Assembly (NCBI RefSeq): GCF_000328665.1
Contig: NC_019977.1
Coordinates: 186,001-250,000 of the forward strand
Direction: 5' to 3'
Length of the DNA: 64,000 nt
Source: Methanomethylovorans hollandica DSM 15978
GTDB lineage: Archaea > Halobacteriota > Methanosarcinia > Methanosarcinales > Methanosarcinaceae
Shown: positions 18,741 to 28,709 of the stretch, one piece after another
How positions within the stretch are numbered: position 1 is the first letter of the stretch
How the letters are laid out: the number at the start of each line of letters is the position of its first letter
The notes under the pieces: generated by a model
Told to the model about the DNA's origin: nothing
The model's database searches: none
What the model saw: only the letters and a program-made list of their open reading frames with translations
Program-made: the position numbers and the translations under genes

Positions 18741-19871
18741 ATGGCAGTTGTTTCCATTGTAATGCCTTCTATGAACGAAGAATCCACTATACGGACATGC
18801 ATACTGAAAGCTATGTCCTTTTTCGAGTCAAAGGGTCTTGAAGGTGAAATCATCGTGGTGGACAATTCTACGGATCGAACGGCAGAAATAGCCAGATCTA
18901 TGGGTGCAGTGGTCATACCTTCAGTAAGAGGCTATGGGAATGCGTATCTTAAGGGGCTTGCAAGGACAACTGGGGAATATATCGCTATTGCTGATGCGGA
19001 CAACACTTATGATCTCAACGAATTACCCAAGTTCTTTGATATCCTCATGCAAGGAGAGGCAGATTTCGTAATTGGCAGCAGGTTAAAAGGTAAGATCAAA
19101 AAGGGTGCTATGCCATGGTTACATCAGTATATCGGTAATCCTCTCCTCACATGGATGTTGAATGCTCTTTTCGGTACAACTATTTCAGATGCTCATTGTG
19201 GCATGCGGGCTTTTACACGGGAAGCTCTTGAAAAGATGAGCCTCAAGAGTCATGGCATGGAATTAGCTTCAGAGATGGTCATAGAAGCTGCAGATAAAGG
19301 TCTGCGGATAAAGGAAGTTCCAATATCATATGATGTAAGGGATTCTCCTTCCAAGCTCAGGTCTTTGCACGATGGCTGGAGGCATATAAGGTTTATGATG
19401 CTCTATCGTCCGGTATCTTTCTTGCTTGTGCCTGGTACGTTTGTTTTTTTAGTGGGAGCAGCCTTACTGTTTACGCTGCCCCGTATGGGCAATGTGGCTG
19501 AGACCAGGCTTCATTCGTTCATATTGGCAAGTATGCTGACAGTAATTGGTAGTCAGCTTTTTGCAACCGGCCTTTATTTGGGTGCATATGGGCATATAAA
19601 TGGCTTATATGTGAAGGAGAATTCTTTCATAAAAAAGATAATGGATTATCATTCGCTTGAAGTTGAACTGTTTGCAGGCATGGTTTTTTTACTTGCAGGT
19701 CTATTTATTGGTCTGAAAGTAGTTTATACATGGGTTATTTCAGGCTATGGTTCTCTTTTTCAGATCCAAACAGCAGTATTTGCCATGGTATTTGGTTCCA
19801 TAGGTTTGCAAATGATCTTCACAGCTATATTCCTTAGCGTCCTGATGCTTGGGATGGACACCGATAGGTGA
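18741..19871 (+). CDS. GT2 glycosyltransferase (dolichol-phosphate glycosyltransferase-like) with C-terminal TM helices
   Basis: SIVMPSMNEE, VVDNSTD, DAD motif, DAHCGMRAF. Confidence 0.93.
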   Translation: MAVVSIVMPSMNEESTIRTCILKAMSFFESKGLEGEIIVVDNSTDRTAEIARSMGAVVIPSVRGYGNAYLKGLARTTGEYIAIADADNTYDLNELPKFFDILMQGEADFVIGSRLKGKIKKGAMPWLHQYIGNPLLTWMLNALFGTTISDAHCGMRAFTREALEKMSLKSHGMELASEMVIEAADKGLRIKEVPISYDVRDSPSKLRSLHDGWRHIRFMMLYRPVSFLLVPGTFVFLVGAALLFTLPRMGNVAETRLHSFILASMLTVIGSQLFATGLYLGAYGHINGLYVKENSFIKKIMDYHSLEVELFAGMVFLLAGLFIGLKVVYTWVISGYGSLFQIQTAVFAMVFGSIGLQMIFTAIFLSVLMLGMDTDR

Positions 19872-19875
19872 CACT

Positions 19876-21036
19876 ATGAAGATCGCCTTTGTGTATGATG
19901 CAGTTTATCCTTGGGTGAAGGGCGGTGCTGAAAAGAGGATTTATGAACTGGGCACACGTCTCCTGGAAAAAGGGCATGAAGTCCATCTTTTTGGTATCAA
20001 GTGGTGGGAAGGTCCAGATGTTATTGAATACGAGGGGATGTTCCTGCACGGTGTCTGCAAGGCAAGGAACTTATATGTGGACGGAAGAAGATCCATTTCT
20101 ACAGCAATTCTATTCTCTCTGCAACTGTTCCCACATCTGAGTTATGAGAAATTTGATCTGATTGATGTAAGCGTATTCCCTTATTTTTCATGCTTTACAG
20201 TAAAATTTGTATCTATATTGAACAAAGCGCATGTAGTGTACACCTGGCATGAAGTATGGGATGATTACTGGTACGAATATATGGGCAAGGCCGGTTTTTT
20301 TGGAAAAGTCATCGAAAAGGCAGTTTCAAAGATATCCGGGGATAATATTGCCGTTTCGGGCTGGACCAAACAAAGGCTCCAAAAGCTGGGTGTTCCCGAG
20401 GGAATCATCTCTGTTGTTCCAAATGGTATTGATCTTAAAGAGATCTCTGAAATAGATTCAGAAGCTGACTGCAAGTCACATGGAATTGCTAACAAACATT
20501 ATGATGTCATCTTTGCCGGGAGGCTTATAAAAGATAAAAATGTCGATGTTCTCCTAAGAGCCATATATCTTCTAAAAGTCGAGAATCCTTATATCAGCTG
20601 CTGTATTGTGGGCGATGGTCCTGAAAAAGCAGAACTTATGGACCTTTCAAATGAAATAGGGGTCTATAAGAACGTTCAATTTGTAGGTTTTCAGGATTAC
20701 AGTTCTCTTATCGGAAAAATGAAAGCTTCAAGGGTTTTCGTACTTCCTTCTTCGAGGGAAGGCTTTGGGATGGTTGTAATAGAGGCATTTGCCTGTTCGA
20801 TACCTGTAGTTACTGTAAAAGAAAAGTATAATGCAGCACAAGGATTGGTTGAGGATGGGGTTGATGGTTTTGTTGTATCTTTAGAAGACAGGGAGATTGC
20901 GCAGGCGGTGTGGAAAATCATTGAGGATGATACTACTTATAAAAACATGTCAAAGGCTGCATTTCAGAAATCTCGGGATTATGACTGGGACAAGGCTTTA
21001 TCTATTCTTAAAAATATTTATGAGGCACGGGTATGA
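19876..21036 (+). CDS. GT4 glycosyltransferase
   Basis: GGAEKR, VPNGID, AGRL..DKNVD, PSSREGFGMVVIEA. Confidence 0.93.
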   Translation: MKIAFVYDAVYPWVKGGAEKRIYELGTRLLEKGHEVHLFGIKWWEGPDVIEYEGMFLHGVCKARNLYVDGRRSISTAILFSLQLFPHLSYEKFDLIDVSVFPYFSCFTVKFVSILNKAHVVYTWHEVWDDYWYEYMGKAGFFGKVIEKAVSKISGDNIAVSGWTKQRLQKLGVPEGIISVVPNGIDLKEISEIDSEADCKSHGIANKHYDVIFAGRLIKDKNVDVLLRAIYLLKVENPYISCCIVGDGPEKAELMDLSNEIGVYKNVQFVGFQDYSSLIGKMKASRVFVLPSSREGFGMVVIEAFACSIPVVTVKEKYNAAQGLVEDGVDGFVVSLEDREIAQAVWKIIEDDTTYKNMSKAAFQKSRDYDWDKALSILKNIYEARV

Positions 21037-22109
21037 AAATTGCTATTTTTCATGATTACATCGGAGCTATTGGAGGAGGCGAAAAACTGGTCCTGACACT
21101 TGCAAAAGGACTAGGTGCAGATGTGATCACTACGGATGTGGATATGGATTCAGTGATCAAAATGGGTTTTGATGACGTCAAGATCATAAGTCTTGGAAAG
21201 ACATTAAAAATACCACCTCTTAAACAGGTAAATGCTTCTTTTAAGTTTGCAGCATGTGATTTTTCCAAAAACTATGATCTTTTTATCTTTTCAGGAAACT
21301 GGGCATTCTTTGCAGCAAAAAAGCACAAGCCAAATATTTACTATTGCCATACCCCAACAAGAGCCTTTTATGATCTTTATAAGGTTTACCGTAAAAACCA
21401 ATCTGTATTTACATATCTGCCATTCGTCATTTGGGTACATGTGCACAGGAAGATCTCGGAGTATTATCTTACTCATGTATCTAGTATAGTCACAAATTCC
21501 ATGAATACTCAGAAACGGATACAAAAGTACTTCGACAGGGATTCTGTGATTGTATATCCACCTGTCGATACTTCAAGGTTCGGATATAAGGAATATGGGA
21601 ATTTCTGGTTGTCTGTGAACAGGCTTTATCCTGAAAAGAGGGTAGAACTGCAGATAGAAGCCTTCAGGGCGATGCCGGATGAAAAATTGATCATTGTGGG
21701 GGGCTATGCGGCAGGGGATCATGCATCTGGATATGCAGCCAGTCTCATTACCGGAATTCCTAAAAATGTAACACTGATGGGTAGTGTTTCAGAGGAAAAA
21801 CTACTTGAATTATATGCTACGTGTAAAGGGCATATTACGACAGCACTTGATGAAGATTTTGGTATGACACCTGTAGAAGCTATGGCATCAGGCAAACCAA
21901 CGGTTGCAGTAAAAGAAGGGGGATATCTTGAAACTGTGTTAGATGGAGTCACAGGTTTGTTGGTGGATCCCGAAGTATCCTCTATTGTCAATGGTGTCAA
22001 AGAAATCTCTTCAGATCCCCACAGGTATCGCGAAGCATGTATCAATAGAGCTAAAGAATTTGATGTTTCTGTAATGCTTCAGAAAATGCGGGCAATGCTG
22101 ATACAATGA
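21033..22109 (+). CDS. GT4 glycosyltransferase
   Basis: GGGEK, YCHTP, VNRLYPEKR, EDFGMTPVEAMASGKP. Confidence 0.93.
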   Translation: MKIAIFHDYIGAIGGGEKLVLTLAKGLGADVITTDVDMDSVIKMGFDDVKIISLGKTLKIPPLKQVNASFKFAACDFSKNYDLFIFSGNWAFFAAKKHKPNIYYCHTPTRAFYDLYKVYRKNQSVFTYLPFVIWVHVHRKISEYYLTHVSSIVTNSMNTQKRIQKYFDRDSVIVYPPVDTSRFGYKEYGNFWLSVNRLYPEKRVELQIEAFRAMPDEKLIIVGGYAAGDHASGYAASLITGIPKNVTLMGSVSEEKLLELYATCKGHITTALDEDFGMTPVEAMASGKPTVAVKEGGYLETVLDGVTGLLVDPEVSSIVNGVKEISSDPHRYREACINRAKEFDVSVMLQKMRAMLIQ

Positions 22110-22135
22110 AATTTAATGTTTAATAATTAATCAAT

Positions 22136-24487
22136 GTGAATAAAAGGGATGAAAGGATGAGTATGATCGATTCTCTCTCTGTCAGGACTAAGATATTCTT
22201 AACAATACTTTTTGCATTGCTCATACGTTTGTTTCCAATATCTTCTCTATTCTCGGATGGTAGGGTTACCTTTGTAAGTTATGATTCTTACTATCACATG
22301 AGAGGTATCCTCTATACTACACAGCATTTTCCGGAACATATTCTGTCCGATCCTTACATCAACTATCCATTTGGTTTTGACATAAGCTGGCCTCCTCTCT
22401 ATGATTTGACAGTTTCCTTGCTGGTGTTAATAGTTGGCTTTGGCACTCCAAGTACTAGTACGATAGAGCTTGTTGCGGCACTTTTTCCAGTAATACTTGG
22501 AACTCTTTCCTTGATACCTTTGTATTTTGCAGCTTCCAGTATTTTTAGCAGAAAAGTTGGTTTTTATAGTATAGTGGTAATAGCAGTGATGCCCATTCAT
22601 CTTGCGGTCTCAATGTTTGGTGCAACAGATCATCATATTGCTGAGATCTTGCTCTCTACTACAGCTTTTACTTTGTTCATTTTCTCACTTAAGGAAGGTT
22701 TTTCTTATGATCTTTGCAGGGAATTAACAAAAAATGACCTTTTGGCATGTGTTCGGTCCCGTTCAGTGCTTTACGCTATAGCTGCTGGTATGATACTTGC
22801 AGTTTCTGTGCTCACCTGGACAGGTTCTCCTATATTCATAGGTCTTTTTGCATTATATGTGCCTGTACAACTGGCTCTTGACATTAGACAGAAAAGACCT
22901 TCAGGATACCTGCTGGTCAGCTCATGTGTGATGTACTTGGTTGCCCTTGCATTCATCTTGCCCTTTGTAGCATCTATGGTAAGAGAAGGTTATGAGCTGA
23001 GTGCAGCTTTTGTTTCGTGGTTCCATGTATTGTACATTTTGTCAATGCTCTTATTCGTATTCATATGTTGGGTTTTATCTTATCTAATTGGTAAGAAGGG
23101 TAAATGGTTGCATTATCCTTTTGCTATCCTTTTCTTTATTGCCGTTGCAGTGACTGGTATATGGTCATTGATGCCAACCTTTTTCTCAAACATCGTTTCA
23201 GGTATTGGTTATTTGCTAGGCTTTGCTGAAAACCTTAGCACTATCAATGAAGCGTTACCTCTCTTCTGGGACCAGTATGGAAATTTCACTCTGGGTTCGG
23301 TCTGGGGTGGCTTTGGTCTGTTCTTCTTTGTTACTCTGGTGTCTTTTCTGTTTATCTTACGTAAGTGTGATCCATCAAAAAATCCGGAGGTCGCCTTTTT
23401 TGTTGTATGGTCGATTATTGTCTTTGCACTTGCTTTCTCTCAAAGACGCTTCATGTATCTGTTATCAGTGAATGTAGCAGTTATGTCAGGTTACTTTATG
23501 GGGCAGTTGCACTCATGGATTATACCAAAAGTGGTCAAGGAGCATGGTGGAAAGCGCAAAAAAGTACAGGAAACTCATAACAATGTGCCATTGATTTTAG
23601 CGCTTGGAGTTTTATTACTGCCAGGTTTTTTAATATCAGTGGCTGCAGTGTCAAATCCTTCCATTATGCCCTCTGATTGGGAAGAAACACTGGACTGGGT
23701 CAAAGTGAATACTCCAGTTACCTCTTATTACAATGATCCTATGAAAACCCCTGAGTATGGAATATTAAGCTGGTGGGACTTCGGTAATTGGATTATTTAC
23801 AGATCCCAAAGGCCAGTAGTTACCAACAACTTCCAGCCGAGTGTAAGGGAAACAGCTGTCTTTTTCCTCTCCCAGAATGATTCAGCTGCATCAAGTATTC
23901 TTGATGCAAGAAAAGTAAAATATTTGCTAACAGATATCTCAATGGTCAAAGGTAAATTCTTTGGTATTGCTAAACTTGCTGGTGAAGACTATGATAGTTT
24001 CTTTGATGAAGAAACAGCCCCTAAAGGTTCATCTACAGTTACCACAAAAGTAGAAAATGACAAATTTAAGAACTCAATGCTTGTTAAGTTACATGTTTAT
24101 GATGGCAGTGGTTCCGGTAACTATCGTTTGTTATACGAGTCCAATACAACCGTTACCAATGACCCCGAAGTTAAATATGTAAAAGTATTCGAGTACGTGC
24201 CTGGGGTGATCATTACAGGAAAAGCTGAACCCGGAGAAACAGTTTATGGAGCAACTACTCTTGTCAGCAACCGGGAAAGGAAATTTGACTACTACAATTC
24301 TGCGGTCGCGGATCAAGATGGTACTTACTCCCTCGTTCTGGCTTACTCTACACAGGGCAGTAATTCTTCAACTTATGCGATTTTACCATACACCCTCATT
24401 GGAGACAAGAGCAGGTCTCCCAAGGAGATCAGTGTTACGGAGAATGCTGTGCAGGCAGGTGAAGTTTTGCAGTTGGATCTTGTGTAG
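22136..24487 (+). CDS. aglB: Oligosaccharyltransferase (STT3/AglB family)
   Basis: YDSYYH, DHH, TINE, QRRF and WWDFG motifs; multiple TM helices; start may be ATG 22157. Confidence 0.92.
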   Translation: MNKRDERMSMIDSLSVRTKIFLTILFALLIRLFPISSLFSDGRVTFVSYDSYYHMRGILYTTQHFPEHILSDPYINYPFGFDISWPPLYDLTVSLLVLIVGFGTPSTSTIELVAALFPVILGTLSLIPLYFAASSIFSRKVGFYSIVVIAVMPIHLAVSMFGATDHHIAEILLSTTAFTLFIFSLKEGFSYDLCRELTKNDLLACVRSRSVLYAIAAGMILAVSVLTWTGSPIFIGLFALYVPVQLALDIRQKRPSGYLLVSSCVMYLVALAFILPFVASMVREGYELSAAFVSWFHVLYILSMLLFVFICWVLSYLIGKKGKWLHYPFAILFFIAVAVTGIWSLMPTFFSNIVSGIGYLLGFAENLSTINEALPLFWDQYGNFTLGSVWGGFGLFFFVTLVSFLFILRKCDPSKNPEVAFFVVWSIIVFALAFSQRRFMYLLSVNVAVMSGYFMGQLHSWIIPKVVKEHGGKRKKVQETHNNVPLILALGVLLLPGFLISVAAVSNPSIMPSDWEETLDWVKVNTPVTSYYNDPMKTPEYGILSWWDFGNWIIYRSQRPVVTNNFQPSVRETAVFFLSQNDSAASSILDARKVKYLLTDISMVKGKFFGIAKLAGEDYDSFFDEETAPKGSSTVTTKVENDKFKNSMLVKLHVYDGSGSGNYRLLYESNTTVTNDPEVKYVKVFEYVPGVIITGKAEPGETVYGATTLVSNRERKFDYYNSAVADQDGTYSLVLAYSTQGSNSSTYAILPYTLIGDKSRSPKEISVTENAVQAGEVLQLDLV

Positions 24488-24578
24488 ATCCAGATTTTCA
24501 CATTTCTACATCAGTTAAAAATATATAATAAATTTAATTATATTATTTGATGTCTATGTATGACATCAGGTGATATAA

Positions 24579-24722
24579 CTGCTTTACAGATGTCCATTAT
24601 GTGAAGGAAAAGTGAATCTGTGAAGGTATCCTGCCATTAAGAGGCAGGACAATTTTAGAAGACAACTGGTGATCTACAAGTGCTTTGAGTGTGGTAACGA
24701 AGAAACGTATCCTGACCTTTGA
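24579..24722 (+). pseudogene. Zinc-finger microprotein (CPLC...CFECG) with CTG start and in-frame TGA; either a pseudogene or a recoded gene
   Basis: AGGTGA SD 5 nt before the CTG; frame reads MLYRCPLCEGKVNL*RYPAIKRQDNFRRQLVIYKCFECGNEETYPDL. Confidence 0.55.
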
Positions 24723-24724
24723 AC

Positions 24725-25504
24725 TCAGACCGTTGAATAGACTTCTTCATGCGGGTGGATAACAAAACCATCAGGTGTGATCTCATATGGATGGATTTTT
24801 TTGCTATGGTCAGACCCACGCATCTTATATATTTCCATACTGCGCATGCGTACGTTTTCATGTCTCTTATAGTATAGCACAATGGTTCCATCAGTAACGA
24901 AATTTTCAACTCCGAACCTTGAGGGCATTGATTCATCTATTACCTCGCAGGTCATCATAGAAGTAAGTCCTATTACTTCAAGGGTGGTGCTGAGCTTTAG
25001 CAACTCCACACGGATTTTTGCCTGATCTTGCAGATAAAAACTTATAGAGGTCGTGGAATCTACAAGAGCCCTTCGGGCATTGATCTCTTCCTGAGTAGTA
25101 ATGATCTGGTCCATAAGGGAACGAATATCAAAGGGCCGAATGTCCACATATTTCTCCTGCGAGGGTATACCGATCTTTGTGGAACAAGCATCAATGATAG
25201 CAAGCTTGTTCTCATCTTCTAATTCTTCAAGGTTCCATCCAAATTTCAGTACGTTCTCACGTATCTGCTCCGGCCTTTCCTCAGTTGCAACTATGATGCC
25301 GTTCTCACCATATTTTGTAATGCCATTATAGATGAACTGGATGGAAAAATTTGTCTTTCCTGCTCCGGATGTGCCCGAAACCAGATATGTCCTGTCCCTT
25401 ATAAGTCCCCCCCCGCAGAGTTCATCAAATCCGGGTATGCCAGTCCTCACTCTGTTAGGGCCTTCTTCCATCTTTATCTCTTCAGATATAGCGCCATCAA
25501 ACAT
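24725..25504 (-). CDS. KaiC/RAD55-family ATPase (single domain)
   Basis: TGIPGFDEL, GTSGAGKT, EE motif, KMRG finger. Confidence 0.92.
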   Translation of the reverse strand: MFDGAISEEIKMEEGPNRVRTGIPGFDELCGGGLIRDRTYLVSGTSGAGKTNFSIQFIYNGITKYGENGIIVATEERPEQIRENVLKFGWNLEELEDENKLAIIDACSTKIGIPSQEKYVDIRPFDIRSLMDQIITTQEEINARRALVDSTTSISFYLQDQAKIRVELLKLSTTLEVIGLTSMMTCEVIDESMPSRFGVENFVTDGTIVLYYKRHENVRMRSMEIYKMRGSDHSKKIHPYEITPDGFVIHPHEEVYSTV

Positions 25505-25756
25505 CTTGTGTTTCGCCTCGTTTTGTACTTTATGTTTTGTATTTATAATATATCTGAGAAGATATAAATGTGTTGAGGTAATTATAATGATGATGGAAAA
25601 ATATCTAGCAAATTATTCTAATCTATTCGACAATCTATTAAATGCACTTTTTTGTGTGTCGTTCTTCCAGGAGGTCAATATGTCATAGTTCGACATTTCC
25701 CGTTAAATACATCGATACTTATCTTTTCTACGTGGTAAATAATGAATTTAAGACCA

Positions 25757-25770
25757 CAAAAGATTTAAAG
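25757..25770 (+). promoter_or_regulatory. Putative BRE/TATA promoter of the S-layer gene
   Basis: CAAAAGATTTAAAG about 175 nt upstream of the ATG. Confidence 0.5.
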
Positions 25771-25944
25771 GGAAATTAGTTAATAGGCTCTTGTAGTCCA
25801 ATATGACGGGATTAAGAGGGTGATGATGAGAACTTCGTCAATGGGCGAACTTGACGTTCTCCTGATGACGATCTGAGAGCGCATAAGCGTTCTGATCCAA
25901 TGATCCTCACTCTTAGATCTAATACAAACTAACGGAGGAAAATA

Positions 25945-27921
25945 ATGAATAAATTCGCAGCAGTAACAATTGCCGCACTTATGCTGATGGCTGTATTCGT
26001 TTCAGCCGCAAGCGCAGCAACTTCTGTAAACACCGTGGAGGTCAGAAGCCCGGTGTTCAGCGGTGCTAGATTAAGTGAAATTACTGTGGATTTCGACTAT
26101 ACCGAATTCGCAGGATTCTATTATGATATTGACGACGACATTGGTTCCGAGACCATGAGGATCGCCTTGGTTGATGATCCAAGGACCATCAGGGACAACG
26201 GACTTATATACACATCCACTATCCAGGAAGTAGGCTACACATACGATAACTGGGCAGGAGAGTACCCCAAGATGGGCTTCCTTGCACAGGAATATGTGCC
26301 AGTGAACGGCCAGCCGGATGTTCTGTCCAAGCTCCTGCTTGACAGCGACGACAAGTACACTCTGAGAGTGGGTCAGACCCTTGACCTCGGAGAGGGCTAT
26401 GCAGTCACACCCAAGCAGATCGATGTAGATGGTAACAAGGTCTGGCTCGAGCTGACCAAGGACGGCGCATACCTTGATGACCAGGTCCTTACAGTAACTA
26501 ACACCGATGTTGAGAACAGCACCTGGGAATACGAAGAGGATGACGTAGGCGGCGAAGATGATGTAGTCATCATGAGAGTCCATGTCAATGAAGTGTTCCA
26601 GGGTCAGGTAGACAGCCTTGCAGTTGTTGAAGGTATGTGGCTCATATCCAATGAACCAATGGTAATCGAGAGCGATGACACTTTCGGCGAACTTGAGGTT
26701 ACAACCATCGGCGACAACTATATTGAACTCAAGAACGATGGTTCAATAGCACTCACCAAGAACAAGGAAATTGCACTCGCAGGCGATGTAAAGATCCAGG
26801 TCGCTGACTCCGATGATGTCAGGTTCTACTTCTTCAAAGAGGTCACTGAACCAGGCACCTATCCAGTAAGGGGTTCAGTTGCAACCGGCAGTTTCGACTG
26901 GGATGCAAGTTCATTCGCAGGCTTCTATTATGATATCGACGCAAACGTAGCATCTGAAGAAATGAATGTTATAGTCAGCGAAGGCAGGAATATCGCAGAT
27001 GGTGCTCTTGTATACACCTCAACTATGCAGAGTGTAGATTATGAGTTCTCTGACTGGGCAGGCCAGTACTCCAAGATGGGCTTCCTTGCAGAAGAATATG
27101 TACCAGTGAACGGCCAGCCGGATGTTCTGTCCAAGCTCCTGCTTGACAACGACGACAAGTACACTCTGAGAGTGGGTCAGACCCTTGACCTTGGTGAAGG
27201 CTATGCACTCACACCCAAGCAGATAGACGTTGATGGTAACAAGGTCTGGCTCGAGCTGACCAAGGACGGCGCATACCTTGATGACCAGGTCCTTACAGTA
27301 ACTGACACAGATGTTGAGAACAGCACCTGGGACTACGAAGAGGATGATGTAGGCGGCGAAGATGATGTAGTCATCATGAGAGCCCATGTCCAGGAAGTAT
27401 TCCAGGGTCAGGTAGACAGCCTTGCAGTTGTTGAAGGTATGTGGCTCATATCCAATGAACCAATGGTAATCGAGAGCGATGACACTTTCGGCGAACTTGA
27501 GGTTACAACCATCGGCGACAACTATATTGAACTCAAGAATGATGGTTCTATGACCCTTAGCAAGAACAAGGATATAGCACTCGCTGGAAACATGTTCTTC
27601 AAGGTTGCAGATGCTGATGCACTCCGCTACTATCCATATGCTGAGTACACCATCGGTGGCAATGGAACTACCGTTCCGGGCAACGAGACTCCAGGCAACG
27701 AGACTCCAGGCAACGAGACTCCAGCCGTTCCGGGCAACGAGACTCCAACCACACCAGGTACTCCAACTGTTGTAGAGACTCCAACAACTCCAGTTGCTCC
27801 AGGTAACGAGACTCCAGTCAACGAGACTCCAGTTGAAGAACCAGCAGGAACTCCAGGCTTTGAAGCGATCTTCGCAGTCGCTGGTCTCCTAGCAGTTGCA
27901 TACCTTGTAAGAAGGAACTAA
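25945..27921 (+). CDS. Major S-layer protein (tandem DUF1608 domains, Pro/Thr linker, PGF-CTERM anchor)
   Basis: Signal peptide, two FAGFYYDID repeats, C-terminal TPGFEAIFAVAGLLAVAYLVRR, strong GGAGG SD, biased codon usage. Confidence 0.95.
   Translation: MNKFAAVTIAALMLMAVFVSAASAATSVNTVEVRSPVFSGARLSEITVDFDYTEFAGFYYDIDDDIGSETMRIALVDDPRTIRDNGLIYTSTIQEVGYTYDNWAGEYPKMGFLAQEYVPVNGQPDVLSKLLLDSDDKYTLRVGQTLDLGEGYAVTPKQIDVDGNKVWLELTKDGAYLDDQVLTVTNTDVENSTWEYEEDDVGGEDDVVIMRVHVNEVFQGQVDSLAVVEGMWLISNEPMVIESDDTFGELEVTTIGDNYIELKNDGSIALTKNKEIALAGDVKIQVADSDDVRFYFFKEVTEPGTYPVRGSVATGSFDWDASSFAGFYYDIDANVASEEMNVIVSEGRNIADGALVYTSTMQSVDYEFSDWAGQYSKMGFLAEEYVPVNGQPDVLSKLLLDNDDKYTLRVGQTLDLGEGYALTPKQIDVDGNKVWLELTKDGAYLDDQVLTVTDTDVENSTWDYEEDDVGGEDDVVIMRAHVQEVFQGQVDSLAVVEGMWLISNEPMVIESDDTFGELEVTTIGDNYIELKNDGSMTLSKNKDIALAGNMFFKVADADALRYYPYAEYTIGGNGTTVPGNETPGNETPGNETPAVPGNETPTTPGTPTVVETPTTPVAPGNETPVNETPVEEPAGTPGFEAIFAVAGLLAVAYLVRRN
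26249..27548 (+). repeat. Near-identical internal duplication, 26249-26744 versus 27053-27548
   Basis: Offset 804 nt; about 23 differences over about 496 nt by hand count. Confidence 0.9.
27676..27830 (+). repeat. 15-bp tandem repeats encoding PGNET units
   Basis: CCRGGCAACGAGACT in three tandem copies plus further degenerate copies. Confidence 0.9.
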
Positions 27922-27930
27922 AATAAATTG

Positions 27931-27964
27931 AGAAGGGATTAAACCCTTCTTTTATCTCTTTTTT
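27931..27964 (+). terminator. Terminator of the S-layer gene
   Basis: AGAAGGG attaaa CCCTTCT followed by a T-rich tract. Confidence 0.75.
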
Positions 27965-28062
27965 GATATCTCTATTAAATGTCCTTCATCTTCTTTGATA
28001 GGACCTCAATTTAATAAACAATGAATATTTATTAGCGGAGTATTTACATCCGAGGTAATACC

Positions 28063-28623
28063 ATGAAGAAACAGTTAAGTTTGGTGTTGGTTTTCGTAGT
28101 ATTGTTCATGGGTTTCTCTGGCTGCATATTCAAAGGGAGCGATAATAGCAATAATTCCTCTGATGGCCCGGCTATCCCTGTAGAAAGTGTTTCTGAACTT
28201 GTGGTAATTAAGAACATCCCTGCAGACTTTGAATACCTTGGTACTAAACCAGTAACTGCAGATGCTGTGAGTAAGGAATATGCTCAAGCAGAAAATGTCG
28301 TAGAAGCTGCTGAAGGTATCTACAAGAGTCCAAGTTTGGATTATTACCTCACAGTGATAGAGTTCGCAGATGCTATGTCAGCAGAGTCTTTCCTTACAAA
28401 CTACAAGGGTACGTTCAACGTTCTCCAAAACAACGATACATTACAAAATATTGAATTAACTGGTCATGAAGCTACCAGGAGCATGAGCTATTCTATTATA
28501 GGTGGTAAACAGGTTCCCAGATACAAGTATTTCTGGAATAATGATAGCTTAGTCTTCATCATTGGAGGAAATTCTGAGGACCCTGCTGTAGGTCTTAATT
28601 TTGCAAAGGCTACTGGATATTGA
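28063..28623 (+). CDS. Putative lipoprotein of unknown function
   Basis: Signal peptide with lipobox FSGC, then a Ser/Asn linker; GAGGT SD. Confidence 0.85.
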   Translation: MKKQLSLVLVFVVLFMGFSGCIFKGSDNSNNSSDGPAIPVESVSELVVIKNIPADFEYLGTKPVTADAVSKEYAQAENVVEAAEGIYKSPSLDYYLTVIEFADAMSAESFLTNYKGTFNVLQNNDTLQNIELTGHEATRSMSYSIIGGKQVPRYKYFWNNDSLVFIIGGNSEDPAVGLNFAKATGY

Positions 28624-28709
28624 ATATGTCCTAAGCCTCTATGTTTTTTTCACATGTAACTTCAATCGATACGCTTTAATATGAAAATACCCATCTACAT
28701 GCTACACAT

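Noticed and set aside
27676..27830. Short repeats considered as a CRISPR-like array
   Set aside because: In-frame coding repeats of the S-layer linker, with no spacers and no cas genes
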